Source of the DNA: Octopus sinensis
Taxonomy: Eukaryota
Assembly (NCBI RefSeq): GCF_006345805.1
Contig: NC_043005.1
Span: forward strand, 88,660,001-88,724,000
Reading direction: 5' to 3'
Length of the DNA stretch: 64,000 nt
A program made the position numbers and the translations under genes. Numbering within the stretch: the first letter of the stretch is position 1; each line of letters starts with the position of its first letter. This document shows positions 51,204 through 63,530 of this stretch, one piece after another. The notes beneath the pieces were generated by a model. It searched no databases. It saw nothing but the letters and a program-made list of their open reading frames with translations, and was not told the DNA's origin.

Positions 51204-51490
51204 TTTTTGTGTATGACCTTGATTGATGGAAATTTGGTTCGTTCTATCCCACAGACGTCCCTTTGAGATTCTGTCTGGCCACCAGATCTTGAGAATGTAG
51301 CGCATGCATTCGTTGACGAAAGTCTGTAGTTTCCTCCTTATGAGTTTGGTGACCTTCCAAGTTTCTGACATTAGTCGTCTTATATTAAATTAACCTTGCA
51401 TAATTTACTATATAACATAAACGACTTAATATTGAACTAGTTTTCTTTCAAACAGTTGATTCCATAACATTAACATCTACCCATCACACC

Positions 51491-51562
<72 letters not shown>

Positions 51563-51566
51563 GGTG

Positions 51567-52844
51567 TTGGGTCATCCCATAAATAATGCAGTTTTTTCAA
51601 TTGCATGAACTAAAAGTCAGAGGAGGAAGGGATAAACTACCTGCATCAGGTTGCTATAAAGTCAGGTAGTAATTTTACCTTGTGCTTATTCTTAGTGCAA
51701 GTTTTGAAGAGTGCAGTTCGATTTTAACAGTTATTTTTTAAAAACCATAATGGAAGTGACAAAGGAGCATATTCAGCATATTTTGCTTTATGAGTTCAAT
51801 AAAGGCAACAATGCAATGGAAAGTGTGAGGAATATTAATGCAGTATATGGGGATTGGACAATAAGCATAGGCCAGTGTTTGTAGTGATTCCAGATATTCC
51901 GAGCTGGAAACTGCAGCCTTGGAGACGAGCTTTATCCTGGAAGATCTGTAGAGCTTGATGAGGATGTCCTGCAAACTCTGGTGGGGCAAAATCCCATTAT
52001 AACTGTTGAGGAACTAGCAGAGAAGCTTGGATTTAGTCATTCAACCATTCATCAACACCTGCAAATTGGGTCAATGGGTTCCTCACAAACTTTCTGAATC
52101 TAATCACATGCAAAGAGTGTGAATGTGTGCTTTTTTTTTGCTGTCACATCTCACGAATGAACTTTTTTTGAACGAATAGTGACTGGTGACAAGAAATGGG
52201 TCTTCTATAAAAATGTCAAGTGCCAAAGACAGTGGATAGGGAAAGGAGAAACACCAGCACCCCCCTCCCCCAGGCTAAAGAAGGTCTTCACCCACGTAAG
52301 GTGTTGTTATCTGTTTGGTGGGATATGAAAGGTTTAGTCCACTTTGAACTTTTAAACCCAAACCAAACGATAACAAAGGAGATCTACTGCGAACAGCTTG
52401 GGCGACTTAAGTAAGCGCTAGAAGAAAAGCAACCATCTTTGGTTTGAAAATGAAAGGTGCTGTATCAGGATAATGCTTGACCACATACAGAGAGGATGAC
52501 ATTCCAAAGGCTGGAGCAATTTGAATGGGAAACGATGCCCCACCCACTATATTCGCCGGACATTGCTCCATCTGATTATCATTTATTCTGCAGTCTTCAA
52601 AATCATTTGGACAGGAAAAATATGAATTCTGTAGATGAGGTCAGAACAGAACTGGAGGAATATTTTTCATCACGGACAAGTGAATTTTGGAAGGTGGGGG
52701 GGCCTTGCAAGTCTACCAGATAGATGGAAGAGCATTGTAGAATATGAAGGAGAGTATATTTTAGATTAAAAAAGAATTTTGTTTATCTCAATTTTGAAAA
52801 ATAAAAGAAGTATACAAAAACTGCATTATTTATAGGGTAACCCA

Positions 52845-52845
<1 letters not shown>
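51567..52845 (+). mobile_element. Full-length decayed mariner element (1279 bp)
   Basis: 30-bp TIR TTGGGTCATCCCATAAATAATGCAGTTTTT (27/30); flanks TG and TA. Confidence 0.93.
51750..52769 (+). pseudogene. Mariner transposase pseudogene
   Basis: MEVTKEHIQHILLYEF, WVPHKL, IVTGDKKW, KVLLSVWWD, QDNA*PH, YSPDIAPSDYHLF; multiple stops and frameshifts. Confidence 0.92.
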
Positions 52846-52881
<36 letters not shown>

Positions 52882-54007
52882 TAAGCATATGCACATACAT
52901 GTATATAATTATCATCTACATTTGTTATTCAAATTTTGATCAAATTTTTTTCATCAGTTTATCTGTAATGACATACACACAACAATGACAATTAGTCTTA
53001 AATATCATTTCATGTGCCTTAATGATGATTTTTTTTTTGTTGTAACAAAGGCCATACAGTTTAATTGGAATGAACAGATAATTAAGTTGATTCAAGTACT
53101 TGACTGCTACTTATTTTATTGACCCTGGGAAGATAAAAGGAAGCATTGGGCTGAGCTAGATGTGAACTCAGAAAATTAAAATGGATGTGATTAGCTACTG
53201 CATGGAATTATAACTTGTTGCTCTACTGATCCTGAAATTCATTGATCTTTTACTATTGATGTTTTTTAATATTGATTTCTAACAATCACGCAAGGTCACA
53301 CATTTTCAGTTTATGTGATGATGGTGATGGTGGTGGTGGTGCTGTTGTTGGTGGTGGAGGTGTCGGTGGTGGTGGTGATGGTAGCTAATTAAATCAATCA
53401 CAAGATTTGATCTGTACTTTGTCTTATTGATCACCATGGAAGAATGAAATGCAGAAATTGATCTCAGAAGGATGAGAAGTCAGAATGTAAAGGGATGTAA
53501 TTAAACACCACAAGGTGTTTTGATCATTGTTTTACTGGTCCTGGCTTTTTCCATCAGTTGCCACTTCAATGTAATTTCTAGCTCAGGGCTAGAAATTTGA
53601 GGAAACGGAGGCAAGTCGTTTACACTGAATCCAGTGCATGACTGGTATCTTAATTTTAATTTATTGACCCCCCACCACCACTCCAAGGATGGAAGGTAGT
53701 TTCTCAGGTGAGAATTTGAACTTAGACTGTAAAGGGGTGGAAGAAATACCACAAGGCATTTTATCTGTTGCTCTGATGATTTTTGTCAATCTCCTGTCAT
53801 TGCAGTGGGTTGTGAATAAGGGTTTCTAAGAATAGCAAAAGACCACGAATAATGAAGGAAGGGAGCAGGGTGTGGGTGTGTGTGGGGGTGGATTTAATGG
53901 GTTTTGGTAATTGGTGAGTTTTTTTTAATTTTATTGAACTGTGACAGTTGAAATTTCCTTTCTGATTCATTGATTTTAAGCATGAACAGAAATCCAACAT
54001 CACCTGA

Positions 54008-54196
54008 TGCATCATCATCATCATCATCATCGTGGTCACCGTCATCATCATTATTGCCATCATCATTGTTATTGTCAAAATTGTCATTATCATCATCATC
54101 AGCAGCAGCAGCAGCATTATCATCATCATCGTCATTATCCTTGTCATTATCATCATCATCTTCATCATCATCATCACTGTCATCACCATCATCACT

Positions 54197-54231
<35 letters not shown>

Positions 54232-54527
54232 CAACAACACCACCACCACCATCATCATCATCATTATCATCATCGTCATCGTTCTCATTATCATCACCAT
54301 CATTGTCACCATCATCATCGTCATCATCATCATTTTTATCATCATCATCACTGTTATCATCATCATCACCACCACCACTACCGCCGCCGCTGTGATGGTG
54401 GTGGTGGTGGTAGTGTTGGTGGTGGTGATGGTGGTGATGATGGTGATGGTGGCAGTGGTGGTGGTGGTAGTGACGGTGGTGGGGATGATGGTGCTGGTGA
54501 TGGTGATTGTGGTAGTGGTGGTGGTGA
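54008..54527. repeat. Trinucleotide field (CAT/CAC/CAA)n switching to (GGT/GAT)n
   Basis: Seen directly. Confidence 0.95.
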
Positions 54528-54575
54528 GTTAGATGCTCTTGCTGTCTGGTCTAGTGGTCATACATGTATTCTCCA

Positions 54576-54608
<33 letters not shown>

Positions 54609-54894
54609 GGGCCTGAGGTGTGAATAGGTATCATGGTTAGGTACAAGTTAATCACTCACTCCAAGCAGGGGAAATCTTTGTATGATCAACAAGTGTTTCG
54701 TAAGCTGTTAGTAGTCAGTTTCAAAGCGCTTCTGTGCGTCTGGAACAAGAATTAGGAAACCATTCCAGTATATTTCACCATTCCAACCACTGGAGATGAA
54801 AGAATTGACAAGTTCAGTGAGAGTTCAGATTTCCATTATGGTGTACCGAATGGAAGGGGAGTGTGTGGGAGAGAGGAATAAGAAGGAGAATGGA

Positions 54895-55350
54895 GTTGGA
54901 GTGGAGGAGGAGGAGAAAGAGGCAGAAGAGGAAGAAGGAGAGGAAGTGGAAGAAGAAGAAGGAGAAGAAGAGGATATGAGGAAGAAAGCAATGTAGGAGA
55001 ATGAGAAGAGTAAGGAGGAGAAAGAAAAGAGGAAGAAGGAAGAGAAAATGAAAGAGGAGGAGGAGGAAGAGGAAAGGAAGGAGGAGGAAGAAGGGAAGGA
55101 AGAGAAGAAGAAATAAAGAAGAGAGTAATGTAGGAGAATGAGAAGAAGAGTAAGGAGGAAGAGGAGGAAAAAAGGAGGAAGAAGGAAGGAAGAGAAGAAG
55201 AAGAAGAAAAAGAAAGAGCGCCTGGCTAAGATGTAGATGACAGGAAAGAAAATGAAGGAAAGTAAAGAAAAAATACAGGAAGAAAAAAGAAAGAACGTAG
55301 GAAGATAAAGAAGAAGAAATGATTGAAGAAGATGAAGTCAAAGAAGAAAC
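54895..55350. repeat. Polypurine (GAA/GGA) tract
   Basis: Seen directly. Confidence 0.9.
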
Positions 55351-55584
55351 GATTCCATTTCAATTATGTCTGATAAGGAATTCCATGGAAGACAGGGAAA
55401 ATCACCTGAGAAATAATTTGTTAGAACACAAATTCACACCTTGTGTCTAACTAATTAATCTGTATTTTAATTAAACAGTGAATTTCATTCGTTTCTCTTA
55501 GTTTTCTTCATTGTCAAACCGGCGTTGGGAGGGAGCTGGAATGGGGTGGAAACTGTATCTGACCCCCCCCCCACTGCTCCAATA

Positions 55585-56035
55585 TTGCATCGCAACCATA
55601 TGTGCTCGACATGGTGATCTCATATCAAGGTAAACAGCACATGACGTTGCAGGTGGAGCCCAGTTAGAATTTTCTTCTGGTCGAGTAGTCCATCCCGCTC
55701 AAAAGGTCCCTGAATAAGGGTTGTTTAAGGATGTTGAACGAAGCACCCATGTTTCCAGAGGTGAATTATTCACACCCCAAAGAACCCCTCTCAACACATG
55801 GCTATTTTGCTCCCCCACTACTTCTGCTCGTGATCAGAGATTCACATATCGTCAGCCACTAAGGGACATGGTCAACTAGTTAAGGTCAAACAATTGACAA
55901 GTAAATCTGTGGTATTGAGCAGAATATTTGCTGTAGCCCATCTTTTATACCAAGACAAAACAATGTACATGATAACACTTCCAATCAGTTAAGATCAGAA
56001 GCCACAAGAGCCACTGCCTGGTACTGCATCGGGGC

Positions 56036-56039
<4 letters not shown>
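55585..56039 (-). mobile_element. Second copy of the (TAA)n-associated element
   Basis: Reverse-complement match to 4327-4750; terminus GGGCATTT abuts (TTA)n. Confidence 0.75.
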
Positions 56040-56077
<38 letters not shown>

Positions 56078-56142
56078 CATTCAGTAGTTTTATTTTTATA
56101 GCGTGCTTTCACTTCACTACCAAGCGCGCAGCTCTGTGTGCC

Positions 56143-56197
<55 letters not shown>

Positions 56198-56569
56198 CAT
56201 TATTATTATTGTTACCATCTAAGGCAGCGAGCTGCCAGAAACGTTAGCACACCAGGCGAAATGCTTAGCAATGTTTCGTCTGCCACTACGTTCTGAGTTC
56301 AAATTCCACCGAGGTTAACTTTGCCTTTCATCCCTTTGGGATTGATAAATTAAGTACCAGTTGCATACTGGAGTCGATCTAATCAACTGGCCCCTTCCCC
56401 CAAAATTTCGGGCCTTGTGCCCAGAGTAGAATAAAAAAATATTGTTACCATGTATACTTTTTATTTTATCATTCCATTATACATAAATCCCCACACTTTA
56501 TATCTGTCTTTGTATTGTCCCCTCATCCTCCACCCTGGTGCCAAATGAAAGAAATCATCATCATCATCA

Positions 56570-56601
<32 letters not shown>

Positions 56602-56804
56602 TGATTTGGCTCAAGATTGTTCTTAACCCTGGTAGAATTTGTGTGGATTGTGGGTTACTACTTGTAACCTTACATATCCAGTCATCACCACCACCACCAC
56701 CACCACCACCATTACCACCACCACCACCACCATCATCATCACCATTACCACCACCACCACCACCATCATCAGTAGTAATAGTGGTGGTGGTGGTAGTGGT
56801 GGTG

Positions 56805-56838
<34 letters not shown>

Positions 56839-57287
56839 CAGCAGCAGCAGCAGTATTTACCAAACCTTTCCAATTAGAATTTTTGATAGTTTTGAAAAAA
56901 TTCAGACAGACAGACAGACAGAAGTGGTGGTGGCAGTAGGGTCTGCCAATGTATTCTTGTTTAAAAACACATTCATGGAATATTTTCAGTTAGCACTGAC
57001 CTGTCAGCAGCAAGAGGAGGTGCTTTAGGGGTGACTAATTTAATTGTGACTTGGGGTATGGAGTGACCAGACAAGGGAAGTGGTATATGATACCTTTCTT
57101 TTCACCTGGGTACTTTCAGGTGAGTGAAACAGGGTAGCCAGGTGTGGATAATACAAACAGAACAGTAAGGTGAAAAGCAGGCAAGGTGTATCTTTTGTTA
57201 TGTGATTGACTGTGATTGTCCTCACCTGTCATTGCTACAGCTAAGGTATGTACAACATGAAAAGCTGGGAGTTGTGGTCTCACATTG

Positions 57288-57342
<55 letters not shown>

Positions 57343-57395
57343 TTAAATATTTGTTGTGCAAGATTTTTATGTGAAGTCGTGTGTTGAAACAGATA

Positions 57396-57837
57396 TTATA
57401 TTTCGGAATGGTCATATTGCCAGTTTAGCCAATAAAAACACACGCACTATATATTTGGTGTTATTTTGCTTCAGTGATATTTATTTTTTACATTAATCTT
57501 AATCTTATTTCGGCCAAAGTTCTTTCGTCACACTCCTGTGACCGCATCAGTGGTCCTTTGTTTTCTTCTCACTTACTTGTGTCTCTCCTTACTAACCGTC
57601 AGCCATTTTATATTTCTATATATAAAATGGCTGACGGTTAGTAAGGAGAGACACAAGTAAGTGAGAAGAAAACAAAGGACCACTGATGCGGTCACAGGAG
57701 TGTGACGAAAGAACTTTGGCCGAAATAAGATTAAGATTAATGTAAAAAATAAATATCACTGAAGCAAAATAACACCAAATATATAGTGCGTGTGTTTTTA
57801 TTGGCTAAACTGGCAATATGACCATTCCGAAATATAA
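57396..57837. repeat. Perfect palindrome: 218-bp arms, 6-nt spacer
   Basis: 57396-57613 is the reverse complement of 57620-57837 (no mismatch seen by eye). Confidence 0.95.
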
Positions 57838-57846
57838 CAATATATA

Positions 57847-58817
57847 TATATAGGTAAACAGTAACATTAATTACAGACATGGACAAGAACATGAAACACC
57901 ACAGAGACGACACAAGAACCACAGGACGGGACATTCGAAGCCCTCAGTCATCAGTCAAGAACCAGATCATCTTAGCAATTTCGGCTGATTAATCTTGAGA
58001 TTGCTCCGATATGGCCAGCCCGCCAAGGGAAATCTAAGCCAAGCGCATTAGATCCCCTGGAAGAAAGCTTCGAATGTCTACAACGAAAGGACGGAAAACA
58101 GATCGAAGTACACAAACAAAAATACAGAATACGTGACACCAATAAGAATACAAAAACGTAAAAACAATAACGGTAAAAATAAAAAATAAACAACAAAACA
58201 AAACCAGGACGTAGGACAAGGGTCTTTCGACAGGACGATTTGAGAATGGGGCTGGCTTGTGAAGTTGTGCCTAAAGGCCACGGGGAGACGAACAAATCCG
58301 TGTTGCTTCTGAGGCTGCTGAAAACGAAAAGAGCGCTCAACAGCGGCTAGCTGTCACGTGAGAACAAAAGACAGGAGAAAGGGACAGATGAAAAGGGAGA
58401 GAAGGTGGACGAGGGAGGAGAAGAAAGAGACAGATCGAGGGGGCTGGAGGTGAGAGAGATAGAGAAACGTGGAAAGGGGGGGGGACGGATGGAGAGGGAA
58501 AGAAAGGGAGTGGAATAAGGGAGGAGAGAGAGAGAGATAAAAAGAGACAGATTAAGAGTCGTATCAAAGCTTGAGAAAAAAATATACTTATCGTATAAGG
58601 ACAATTGTGGATACGTAGCCGCCGATTATATAGGTAAACAGTAACATTAATTACAGACATGGACAAGAACATGAAACACCACAGAGACGACACAAGAACC
58701 ACAGGACGGGACATTCGAAGCCCTCAGTCATCAGTCAAGAACCAGATCATCTTAGCAATTTCGGCTGATTAATCTTGAGATTGCTCCGATATGGCCAGCC
58801 CGCCAAGGGAAATCTAA
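57847..58817 (-). mobile_element. Non-coding element bounded by 191-bp perfect direct repeats (780-bp period), Penelope pseudo-LTR-like
   Basis: 57847-58037 is identical to 58627-58817; (TA)n on both flanks; no TG..CA termini, PBS or ORF. Confidence 0.7.
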
Positions 58818-58930
58818 TATATATATATATATATATAATTTTAATCCAAAAGGGAAACAAAAAAACAACAACAACAGGAACAATTACAGTATTATTATTA
58901 ATAGGCGCTCAGGAGATGGAAGCAGGGAGG

Positions 58931-58967
58931 TATGACGTTTCGAGCGGAGCTCTTCGTCGGAAACATA
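58931..58967 (-). ncRNA. Minimal hammerhead-like motif
   Basis: CCGACGA-A-GAGC-TCC-GCTC-GAAAC-GTC-ATA with a GUC triplet. Confidence 0.55.
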
Positions 58968-59714
58968 AAGAAGGAAGAGAGAGGAAAGAAAGATCCCAGA
59001 GCGGGCAACAGGGAAAGAGAAAAAAAAAAGACGACTGGTGTTTACGAGTTGCACATGGTGAAGGCGGATGTTGACGATAACAAGAGCAAAGTGGGTTTTT
59101 AAAGGCAAAAGAGTGGAGACAAGGTTGGTAACCCAACAGATGTGTGTGTATGTGTGAGTGTGTGCATGTGCGTGTGTGTATGTGTGTGTGTGAGGCGAGA
59201 TGAAAAAACAAAAAAATATAGGTGTGTGTTAGTGTGTGCGTCTGTGTGTAGGCGTGTGAGGTAGGGCGAGACTAGTGGTCAGCTAGCAGACAAGAAAAAG
59301 AAGGAAGGAGGAAGGGAGGTCAGTAGTAAGAAAAAGAAGGAAGGAGGAAGGGAGGGAGGGGAAGGGGTGGGGGCGTATGTAGCGTGCCAGCGTGTGTTGA
59401 GTAGTAGTGTGTGTGTGTGTCCAGTGTCGTGGTGGTATTAATGAGTAGATTGAATGTGTGTAAGAGTGATGTATATATATAGGCAAGGTGTGTATATGTG
59501 TGCGCGTGTGTGTAACGAAAAAAGGGGGGGGGTTAAGGAAAAAGGACTCCAGCTGAGGGGAAGATGGAAGAGTGGTACCGCGGAGACAGGCGTGGGAAAA
59601 CCCAACGACACGCGACGGTCCCAGGAACGGGCGGGAGGTCTCGTCAGGTCCAAGGGCGAGGTGTATGCGACGCGTATGCAACGCGAGCCGGCGTAAGTGC
59701 GTATGTGCGCGTGC

Positions 59715-60297
59715 CTGCGAGTATGCGAGTGCGTATGTATGTGTGTGGATGTGTGAGTGTGTCTGTGTGTATGTCTGGGTGGCAGTGTGTGCGATGAATG
59801 TATGTGAGTATGTGTGTATGTATGTGTGTGCATAGATGTATGTCCGTGTGTGTGTGTGTATGTGTGTGAGTGTGTATGTATGTACGTGTGGGTGTGGGGA
59901 AGTGTGTGTATGTGCATGTGTGTGCGCGTACATACAGGTGTGTGAGTAAGTGTGTGTGTGTATGTATGTGTGAGTGGTATGTATGTGTGTGTCGGATGCA
60001 TGTATGTGTATGGGTGTATGTATGCGTGTGTGTATGTATGTATGTGTACGTGCGTGTGTGTGTGTGTATGCGTGTAGGTGTGCGCGTGTGCATGCATGCA
60101 TGCATGTGCGTATGTGTGTGTGTGTGTGCATGTGTGTGGGTATATATGTATGTGCGTATATGTGTGTGTATGTGCGTACATGTGTGTGTGTGTGTATGCA
60201 TGTGTGTGTATGTAGGTGTGTAGGCGTGTGTGTATAGGTGTATGTATGTAAGTATGTGTGGGTGTGTCCGTGTATGTGTATATATATATATACATAT

Positions 60298-60330
<33 letters not shown>

Positions 60331-60680
60331 AACATATATATACATAAATATATATATATATAAATACATACATACATATATACATACATATATATACATA
60401 CATACGTACATACATGCACACATACGTATATACATATACATACACACACACACATATATATATATACATATATATACATACATACGCGCACAAACACACA
60501 CGCACACACACACACACAGACATGCACACAGACCATGTATGAATGTAAATATATGTGTGTATGTATATATATATATATATATGTATGTGTGTCTATGTTT
60601 GTGTGTGTGCGTGCGTGTGCGCGTGTGTGTGTACACAATAAGATTATTACAAATGGGCATTCATAAACACACACACACAA
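59715..60680. repeat. Compound (TG)n-(TA)n-(CA)n microsatellite field
   Basis: Seen directly; source of the 467-, 363- and 338-aa spurious ORFs. Confidence 0.95.
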
Positions 60681-61703
60681 TTGCACACATACACATATGA
60701 ACGAAAGCGCGTAGCTTTTTGGTTCAGGCTCTTCAGCTAATAATCATAAGGTCTTGGGTTCAATTCTTAGGCTAGTCAGCATGTTGCGTCCGTGAGCAAC
60801 ATGAAATTAAGTATTGTGCTTAAGCCTTTAGCATTTAAACTGACCATATCCTACCCAAATGTTTTACCTGTTTTATGTTCAAACTGGCTAGCTCTGGCCT
60901 TTCACACTAACCCTACAATGTCAATCTAAAAATAAACTTTCACATTACATTAATCTTGGAGCTACAAGATAGATGCATAATTAATTCCAAAAGCATCACT
61001 CTTGACTGAGTAATCCGAGCACTAAATGGTTACGGGTCAAATGCTATGAGTCTTAAGCAAGGCACTTCATCTCACATTGCTCCTATCTACGCAGCTATAA
61101 CTAAACATCGGACAAGTACTGGTGTTGTCCTCTCTCTTTCTAACTGATACATCTGGTGGGGGGTGAGTGCTGGGTGAAGAGTGGGGAACGACTTGACCTG
61201 GTGTCAGTGTCTGTTTGTGACCAAATAAGAATATGCAACATTTAGTGAAAGCATCAAATAGACAAGTTTCAAATTCTGACACAAGGCGAGCAATTACGGT
61301 CGGTTACATCGACCCCAGCGTTTCACTGGTACTTAATTTTGTTGACCCTGAAAGGATGAAAAGTAAAGACGACTTTGTTGGAATTTGAATTCAGGACGTA
61401 AAGATGGACGAAATACCACTGAGCAGTTTGCCCAACATGCTAGCAATTCTGCCAGCTTGCTGCCTTAATAATGATGGTGATGATGATAATCCTTTTTAAT
61501 ATAGGCACAAGGCCTGAAGTTGTGGGAGAGTGGGCTAGTCAATAACATCGAACCCCTGTGTTTCATTGGTACTTAATTTATTGACCCCAAAAGGATGAAA
61601 GGCAAAGTTGACCTCAGTAGAATTTGAACTCAGGACATGATGACAGATGTCATACTGCTAAGCATTTTGCCTGGTGTGCTAACGATTCTGCTAGCTTGCC
61701 GCC

Positions 61704-61777
<74 letters not shown>

Positions 61778-61985
61778 TCTGGTTTTGTTGGCCACAAGGG
61801 CTAACTTAAATCAAAAACATGTAAGGACAAACACAGGATGAAAAATATAAAGGGTTTTGCAAAAAAGAAAGGTCCATGTAAACATTAAATTAATAGCGAA
61901 AAATAAAATAGCTAGAAAGAACTCCCAATAGGGGGAGGCGCTTTGAAAGGTTACTCGTGGAAAAACCCATAAAAGCCATGGTCAA

Positions 61986-62039
<54 letters not shown>

Positions 62040-62490
62040 TGATGTCTCTCTCAATCAATATAAATGTATGTCAAGACCTACCAAAAACTGAGCAAGTATA
62101 AAGATCTTGAAATAGAAATCAGCAAAATGTGGAACCTTGAGACTAAAACAATACCTGTTTTCGTAGGTGCTCTAGGAATGATAGCAAAAGGGGCTGATTG
62201 CTACCTAGCTCAGATACTAGGAAACCCCAAAATGACAGAAATTCCAAAGATAGTGCTCATGGGAACTGCCCATATCCTATGTAAAATACTTTCTATGTAA
62301 TCTCAAATTTTAAAACAAACATAATTTTCTCATGGTTTCTTAAACATTCTCTAGAGCAACACTATGTACAAAACCAAATATATGGCACCCTAGGCATAAC
62401 ACCAACATGAACTTCCAACTTGTCTCTTGAGGTCTCTGGGTGAGACTTGGAGCCAACTTGTACAAATACGAAGCAAAAGTCAAACATAAA
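62040..62490 (+). mobile_element. 3' end of an R4/Dong-clade non-LTR retrotransposon
   Basis: KLSKYKDLEIEISKMWNL..IPVFVGALG..VLMGTAHIL..* plus UTR; abuts (TAA)n, the known Dong target. Confidence 0.85.
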
Positions 62491-62491
62491 A

Positions 62492-62725
62492 TCATCATCA
62501 TCATCATCATCATCGTTTAGCGTCCGCTTTCCACACTAGCATGGGTTGGATGATATTTGACTGAGGGCTGGCAAACCAGATGGCTGCACCAGGCTCCAAT
62601 CTTGATCTGGCAGAGTTTCTACAGCTGGATGCCCTTCCTAACGCCAACCACTCTGAGAGCAAAGTGGGTGCTTTTACGTGCCACCGGCATGGGGGCCAGT
62701 CAGGTGATACTGGCAACGACCTCAC
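62492..62725 (-). mobile_element. RTE 3' UTR fragment
   Basis: (CAT)n-CGTTTAGCGTCCGCTTTCC..GGATGCCCTTCCTAACGCCAACC. Confidence 0.8.
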
Positions 62726-62969
62726 ACGTGTAAAAACATTCACATATATATGTGAATACCTATAGGCATAGGAGTGGCTGTGTGGTAAGAAGCTTGCTTC
62801 GCAACATGTTCAGTCCCACTGTGTGGCACCTTGGGCTAGTGTCTTCTACTATTGCCTTGGGCTGACCAAAGCCTTGTGAGTGGATATGGTAGACAGAAAC
62901 ATTCACACACATACACACACACGTTCTCACACACACACACATGCACACATGCACACACACACAAAGACT

Positions 62970-63003
<34 letters not shown>

Positions 63004-63475
63004 GACTCACACGCATTCACTTTTGCACTCGCACAATCACACATACAGATCCACACACACACACACATGCTGACACATTGTCCCTAAACTGACAGATCAC
63101 TACAAAGAGAGGAAATAGTTTCCATTCCTGCAGAATAATGGTTGGCTGGTCATTCACCCTTGTGTTACAGGTAAGAACACCTAAGGTGCCTGCACGGGGG
63201 AGGGGGTGTACAGGTGAGAGGATCTAAAGTGCCTGCACAGTGTGAAATAGAGGCCATGGTGAACGAGGACGAGGGACGGGAATGGGGTTAATGACACACT
63301 ACTAACTACCTCCAACTGGATAATCTGGGATAAAGCTGATTAAAAGATGGGAAATGAGATTAGATTAACTGCAGTGGTGAAGAGGAAGAGATTGGAGGTA
63401 TAAGGGAATAGCAGAATGGTCAATCTGTAGGAGGGAGAGAGGGGGAGGGAGATGGCTGGTTAAGCACAGATACAT

Positions 63476-63530
<55 letters not shown>

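Larger units (their letters stand above)
50030..51370 (-). mobile_element. RTE LINE 3' fragment split by nested insertions
   Basis: SETWKVTK..KLQTFVNECMRYILKIWWPDRIS..GHT at 51204-51370; the decayed C-terminus continues at 50030-50234. Confidence 0.8.

Noticed and set aside
53797-55341. Poly-His, poly-Ser, poly-Ile, poly-Met and Leu/Phe-rich ORFs
   Set aside because: All frames are open simply because of trinucleotide repeats; no unique coding flanks.
57847-58817. LTR retrotransposon or TRIM
   Set aside because: No TG..CA ends, PBS, PPT or TSD were identified.
59283-60686. Long ORFs of 467, 363 and 338 aa
   Set aside because: Stop-free translations of (CA/TG/TA)n microsatellite giving H/T/Y/I/C/V dipeptide runs.
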